Below are positions 57,438-64,000 of a stretch of 64,000 nucleotides of DNA, piece by piece. The notes beneath the pieces are model-generated. The model did not search any database and was not told the origin of the DNA. It was given only the letters and a program-made list of their open reading frames with translations. Each line of letters begins with the position of its first letter. Position 1 is the first letter of the stretch. The stretch spans positions 3,296,001 to 3,360,000 of the forward strand of contig CP051526.1 in NCBI GenBank assembly GCA_050916045.1, given 5' to 3'. The translations under genes were made by a program, and so were the position numbers. The DNA is from Tepidisphaera sp. GTDB lineage: Bacteria; Planctomycetota; Phycisphaerae; Phycisphaerales; UBA1924.

Positions 57438-60400
57438 ATGAAGCACGCCCCGCTCCACACGCTCGCCCGCACGCTCGCCGCCTTCCTCCTCTCCGCCGGC
57501 CTCGCGGCGCTCACCGGATGCATGCCCTCGGCTTCGATCGAAACACGAAGCCTCACCACCGAGTTCAGAGCCAACCCCGCCGGACTCCACACGCCCACAC
57601 CGCGTCTGGCGTGGAAGCTCGCCCCCACCACCGGCGAACGCGGCTCGGGCATGTCCGCCTACCGCATCATCGCCGCACGCTCCGCCGAAGACCTGCAAGC
57701 CCAGCGCGACCTGATCTGGGACACCGGAGTCGTCAAAGCCGACGAACGAACGACCAACACGATCGAGTACGCCGGAACCACGCTCCGCTCGCGCGACCAC
57801 GTCTCGTGGCGCATCCAGACCTGGGATCAAGCCGGCCGCGACGCGGGCTGGAGCGAGCCCGCGTCCTTCTCCGTCGGCATTCTCTCGCAGGAAGACTGGA
57901 GCCAAGCCGAGTGGATCGGCCTCGACGATGCGCCGCAGGCCCCGCTCACGCTCGCCATGCGCGATGAGCTCCGCCGCTTGCCCTACATCCGCCAGCCCGG
58001 CCCGCCCGCCCGCTCGGAAAGGCAAGCAACCTTCCAGACCCGATTTTCGCTCCGTGCCGGCATCGTCACCGAAGCCTGGTTCGCCGGCGGTGCCGACCAG
58101 TTCGGCGCCGTCGTCCTCAACTCCAAGACCCTCGGATCGGTGAACCGCTGGGAGCCCGCGCGTGCCCTCGACGCCCGTGAAGCGCTGGTCGCTTCCGAGA
58201 ACATTCTGACCGTTGCCGTCCGCAACGAGGACGGCTTCAACCCCGCCGCTACGGGCATGCTCTTCATTCGCTTCGCCGACGGCTCCGACCAGCGGATAGT
58301 CCTCGACAAATCCTGGCGCCTCCGCGATGCATCCACCACCGACATCGCCGGCTCACCCGTCGAAGAGTCCCGGAGCCAGCCCTGGGGCGGCAACCGCAAC
58401 ACCGAGCACTTCATGCCCAGGGCCCCGTACCTTCGCACCACCTTCTCCACCGCTCGCGGAAAGACCATCGCGAAAGCCACGCTCTTCTCGACCGCTCTGG
58501 GCGTCTATCAGCCCCGCCTGAACGGCAACCGCGTCGGGATCGACGAGCTCACCCCCGGCTGGACCGAGTTCACCAAACGCGTCTACCACCAGACCTACGA
58601 CGTCACCGCGATGATCACGCCCGGCGAGAACTGCCTGGGCGCGGTCCTCGGCGACGGCTGGTACGCCGGCCTCCTCGGCTACACCGGTAAGCGTCAGTAC
58701 TACGGCGGCCCGCCACGCTTCAAAGCACGCCTTGAAATCACCTACGCCGACGGCACGGTCGACACGATCGTCACCTCACCCCGATGGGTCGCCTCCTTCG
58801 GCCCCATCATCCACAACGATCTCTACATGGGCTCGGACTACGACGCCCGCCTCGAGATGCCCGGCTGGGACACCCCAAGCTTTCCCGTATCGGACTGGAA
58901 GCCGGTCGACACCGGCCTCGCGCCCAGAGCCGTCACGCTCCGCCAAGCCGACGTCACGCAGAAGGTGACCGACCTCCTCGCCAAGAATAAATCCTTCCAG
59001 ATCAACCCCCAATCCCTCGGCGACCCAGCCTTCGGCGTCGTCAAGGTGCTCAACGTCGACTACACCGTCGGTGGCGTCTCCAAATCCGCGACGTTCCAAG
59101 AAGGCGAAGTCGCAACGTTCCCGCGTCCTGGCGAAGCCGGCGCGGTCGTCATCACCCGCGCCGTCTTCACAGAACCACCGCCGGCCCCGACCCCTCCCTT
59201 CATCATCGAGCCCCAGCCCGGCGAGCCCGTCCGCCGGTTCGAGACGCTGGCCACCAAAGCCATCACCGAACCTCGCCCAGGCCGATACGTCTTCGACCTC
59301 GGCCAGAACATGGTCGGCTGGACGCGTCTGACGATCAACGGCCGCTCGGGCCAGCGGCTCACGCTGCGCCACGCCGAGATGCTCAACCCCGACGGCACGC
59401 CGTACACCTCCAACCTCCGCGGCGCGACGCAAACCGACTACTTCACCCTGCGCGACGGCCCGCAGACGCTCGAGCCGCCCTTCACTTTCCACGGCTTCCG
59501 ATTCGTCGAGATCTCCGACCTGACTGAGCCGCCAACGCCGGACATGCTTGTCGGCATCGTCGCGCACACGGCGATCACGCCCGCCGGCACGTTCACCTGC
59601 TCGAATCCGCTCGTGAATCAACTCGTCCACAACATCATCTGGGGCCAGAAGGGCAACTACCTCGAGGTCCCCACCGACTGCCCGCAGCGTGACGAACGCC
59701 TCGGCTGGACCGGCGACGCCCAGTTCTTCGCCAACGCCGCGTCGTACAACTTCGACATCGCTTCGTTCATGTCGCGCTGGCTCAAGACCCTCGCGCAGGA
59801 CGCCCAGTTCCCCGACGGCACCTTCGCGCACGTCGCGCCGAAGGTGAACGAACGCGGCGGCTCAACCGCGTGGGGCGACGCCGCGATCATCTGCTCGCAC
59901 GCCATGTACCGCGCGTACGGCGACACCCGCGTCATCACGGACCACTACGAAGCGTTCCTCCGCTACATGGCGTGGCTTGATGGCAAGACCACCTCCGGCA
60001 TCTCGAAGGTCGGCGGCTTCGGCGACTGGGTCAACCTCGGCGACCCGACCAGCTCCGACCTGATCGACACGGCACAACGCATCCTGCTCCTGGGCAACAT
60101 GTCCGAGATGGCCCGCGCCATCGGCAAGGAAGCGGACGCCGATCGGTTCGACGCGGCCCGAGCCGCCTCCATCACCGCATTCCGCGCTCGTTTCCTCGCT
60201 CCGGACGGCTCGCTCAAGGAATCGGGCCAGACCGGCTACGCCATGGCTTTCACCATCGACGGCATCATTCCCGCCGAAAGCCGCAAAGCGACCGCCGACG
60301 CGTTCGTCAAGTCCATCGAAGCCAAGAACTGGCACCTCGCCACCGGCTTCATCGGCACCCCCCGCTTGCTCCCCGCCCTCTACGCCGCCGGCCGCGACGA

Positions 60401-60997
60401 TGTCGCCGAACGACTCCTCCTCACCGAGGATTACCCGTCGTGGCTCTACCAGGTGAAACTCGGCGCGACCACCATGTGGGAACGCTGGGACGGCTGGACC
60501 CCCGAGCGAGGCTTCCAGGACGTGGGCATGAACTCCTTCAACCACTACGCCTTCGGTGCGGTGGGTGATGCTCTTTATCGCCACGTCGCGGGCATCTCCG
60601 CCCTCGAGCCGGGGTATCGCAAGATTCTGATCGAGCCCAGGCCGATGACCCCCACCAAGTTGCACACACCGTTTGATCGTGTCGACGCGACCTATGACTC
60701 GGCCGCCGGTCTGATCAGCAGTGCCTGGACGAAGAACGGCTCCACCGAGTCGTACCACATCTCCATCCCGCCGAGTACGACAGCCGAAATCCGTCTGCGT
60801 GTGCCCGCCGGTGCGACGGTCAGCGAATCGGGCAAGCCGATCGCGCAAGCAGCCGGATTGAAAGTGATCTCAGCACCCGAAGCAGGAAAAGACAGCACAG
60901 GCATCATCCGACTCATCGCGGAGTCCGGAACCTACCACCTCACGGTGAGCGGGATTTCCCCTCCGCCGCCGGAAAACTTCAGCGTCATCGAAAAGCG

Positions 60998-61001
<4 letters not shown>
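57438..61001 (+). CDS. Alpha-L-rhamnosidase (GH78) lipoprotein
   Basis: Lipobox LTGC; FDLGQNMVGW, PTDCPQRDERLGWTGDAQ, GATTMWERWD, MNSFNHYAFG. Confidence 0.95.
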
Positions 61002-63007
<2,006 letters not shown>

Positions 63008-63153
63008 GTCGGGGTGATGGTAGGATCACGCCAAGCCCCTCAACACCCGCCGCGCCCGGACGCCTCCAGACCCGAAACCCCCCCGCCCCTGGCCGGTAGA
63101 CGGGGTCATCCCCGGGCCGTGTCGTGGCGGCCCGAGGGATCCCGGAGTTTCTC

Positions 63154-63594
63154 GTGGCTACCAACCGTTCGAACGCTCGCCCCCTCTTCGCTCTCGCCCT
63201 CCTCGCCGCTCCTCTCCTCCCCGGCTGCATCATCGTCAGCAAGCACGAAACCCCGTCGCGCTCAGGCGAGTGGTACTCGTCCTACGAGTCCGGCTCCGCG
63301 CAAAATCGGCGCATCGGCATCGAGATGGGCACCATCTCCGACGCCACCGCCGCGCAGGCCGGCGTCAATCCGGCTCACGTCACGCTCGTCTCCGGCGTCA
63401 TCCCCGGAACCCCCGCCGACAAAGCCGGGATTCGCGTCTGGGACATCATCGCCGCCATCGACGGCCGAGATGTCGCGAACCCCGCATCTCTCCGCGGCGC
63501 GGTGGAAGCCAAAGCCGACGGCGAAACCCTCACGCTCACAATTGTGCGAGCCGGCCAGCGCCAGCAGATCGTCGTCGGCACCGAGCGCCGCTGA
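63154..63594 (+). CDS. PDZ-domain lipoprotein
   Basis: Lipobox LPGC; IGI...V..V.PGTPADKAGI..DII.AIDG...VRAG; GGAG before the GTG. Confidence 0.85.
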   Translation: MATNRSNARPLFALALLAAPLLPGCIIVSKHETPSRSGEWYSSYESGSAQNRRIGIEMGTISDATAAQAGVNPAHVTLVSGVIPGTPADKAGIRVWDIIAAIDGRDVANPASLRGAVEAKADGETLTLTIVRAGQRQQIVVGTERR

Positions 63595-63628
63595 ACGCGT
63601 CCGCATCGCGTTCTGGTAGGCTGCGCCC

Positions 63629-64000
63629 GTGGCAGACCTTCCCCCCATCGAATCACAAGCCCCAAAAACAACCGAGATTCCGCTCTCGCACGTTCTCGTC
63701 GAGGAGTACGAAGCACAGTTCGGCCCCTTGGACGCCGAGCGCCGTGATTCCATCCTCAAAAACCCTCCTGCCCACGGCGGCAACACGCACGAAGCCCGCG
63801 CCCACGCCGCTTTCTTCGCGTTCCTCCACGAAAGCGCTCGGAATCCTCCGAGCGACGCAAAGGGCCCGTCCGACGGCAAACGCTCGGCGCTCTGCCTCTC
63901 CGGCGGAGGCATCCGCTCGGCGACGTTCAACCTCGGCGTGCTTCAGCGTCTCGCGCGGATCGGACTGCTCAAGAAGATTGACTTCCTGTCGACGGTTTCC
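63629..64000 (+). CDS. Patatin/cPLA2-like phospholipase, N-terminal part (runs off the window end; absent from the ORF track)
   Basis: Manual translation from GTG 63629 gives ALCLSGGGIRSATFNLGVLQ...IDFLSTVS (oxyanion loop and start of the nucleophile motif). Confidence 0.88.
   Translation, partial: MADLPPIESQAPKTTEIPLSHVLVEEYEAQFGPLDAERRDSILKNPPAHGGNTHEARAHAAFFAFLHESARNPPSDAKGPSDGKRSALCLSGGGIRSATFNLGVLQRLARIGLLKKIDFLSTVS

Overview
GC-rich bacterial chromosome segment, most likely Planctomycetota class Phycisphaerae. This is inferred from a prepilin/DUF1559-type gene, a planctomycete-type conserved coiled-coil protein, a split coaC next to rpoZ, and a decayed 'NGDxFVDFFD..F.xGC' dockerin tail. 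1-30.7 kb is mostly housekeeping and metabolism: gcvH, cmk, nagB-PIG-L, an orphan atpC, asnB, GT4, rpoZ, coaC and tRNA-Ser(CGA). 31.6-39.5 kb is one minus-strand run: mntR/troR-like repressor, stand-alone homoserine dehydrogenase, the imuA-imuB-dnaE2 mutagenesis cassette and a UDG-like gene. 39.8-44.4 kb is a divergent troABCD-like Mn/Zn ABC operon with a clear promoter and palindromic operator, and both permeases carry DtxR-like tails. 44.4-57.3 kb is a general-stress-like island (DUF892 x2, BON, YflT-like, YqjD/E/K-like) with its own sigma-70 factor, an intact two-component pair and three incomplete signalling proteins, one with a fully conserved ethylene-receptor-type Cu-binding domain. The window ends with a GH78 rhamnosidase, lepA, a PDZ lipoprotein and a partial patatin. 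Non-coding highlights are about ten genes with a -10 hexamer 5-7 nt before the start codon (leaderless transcripts), a candidate ~60-nt CU-rich sRNA, and two REP-like elements. No CRISPR array, integrase, transposase or rRNA was seen. All family calls come from motif recognition by eye; no database searches were run.
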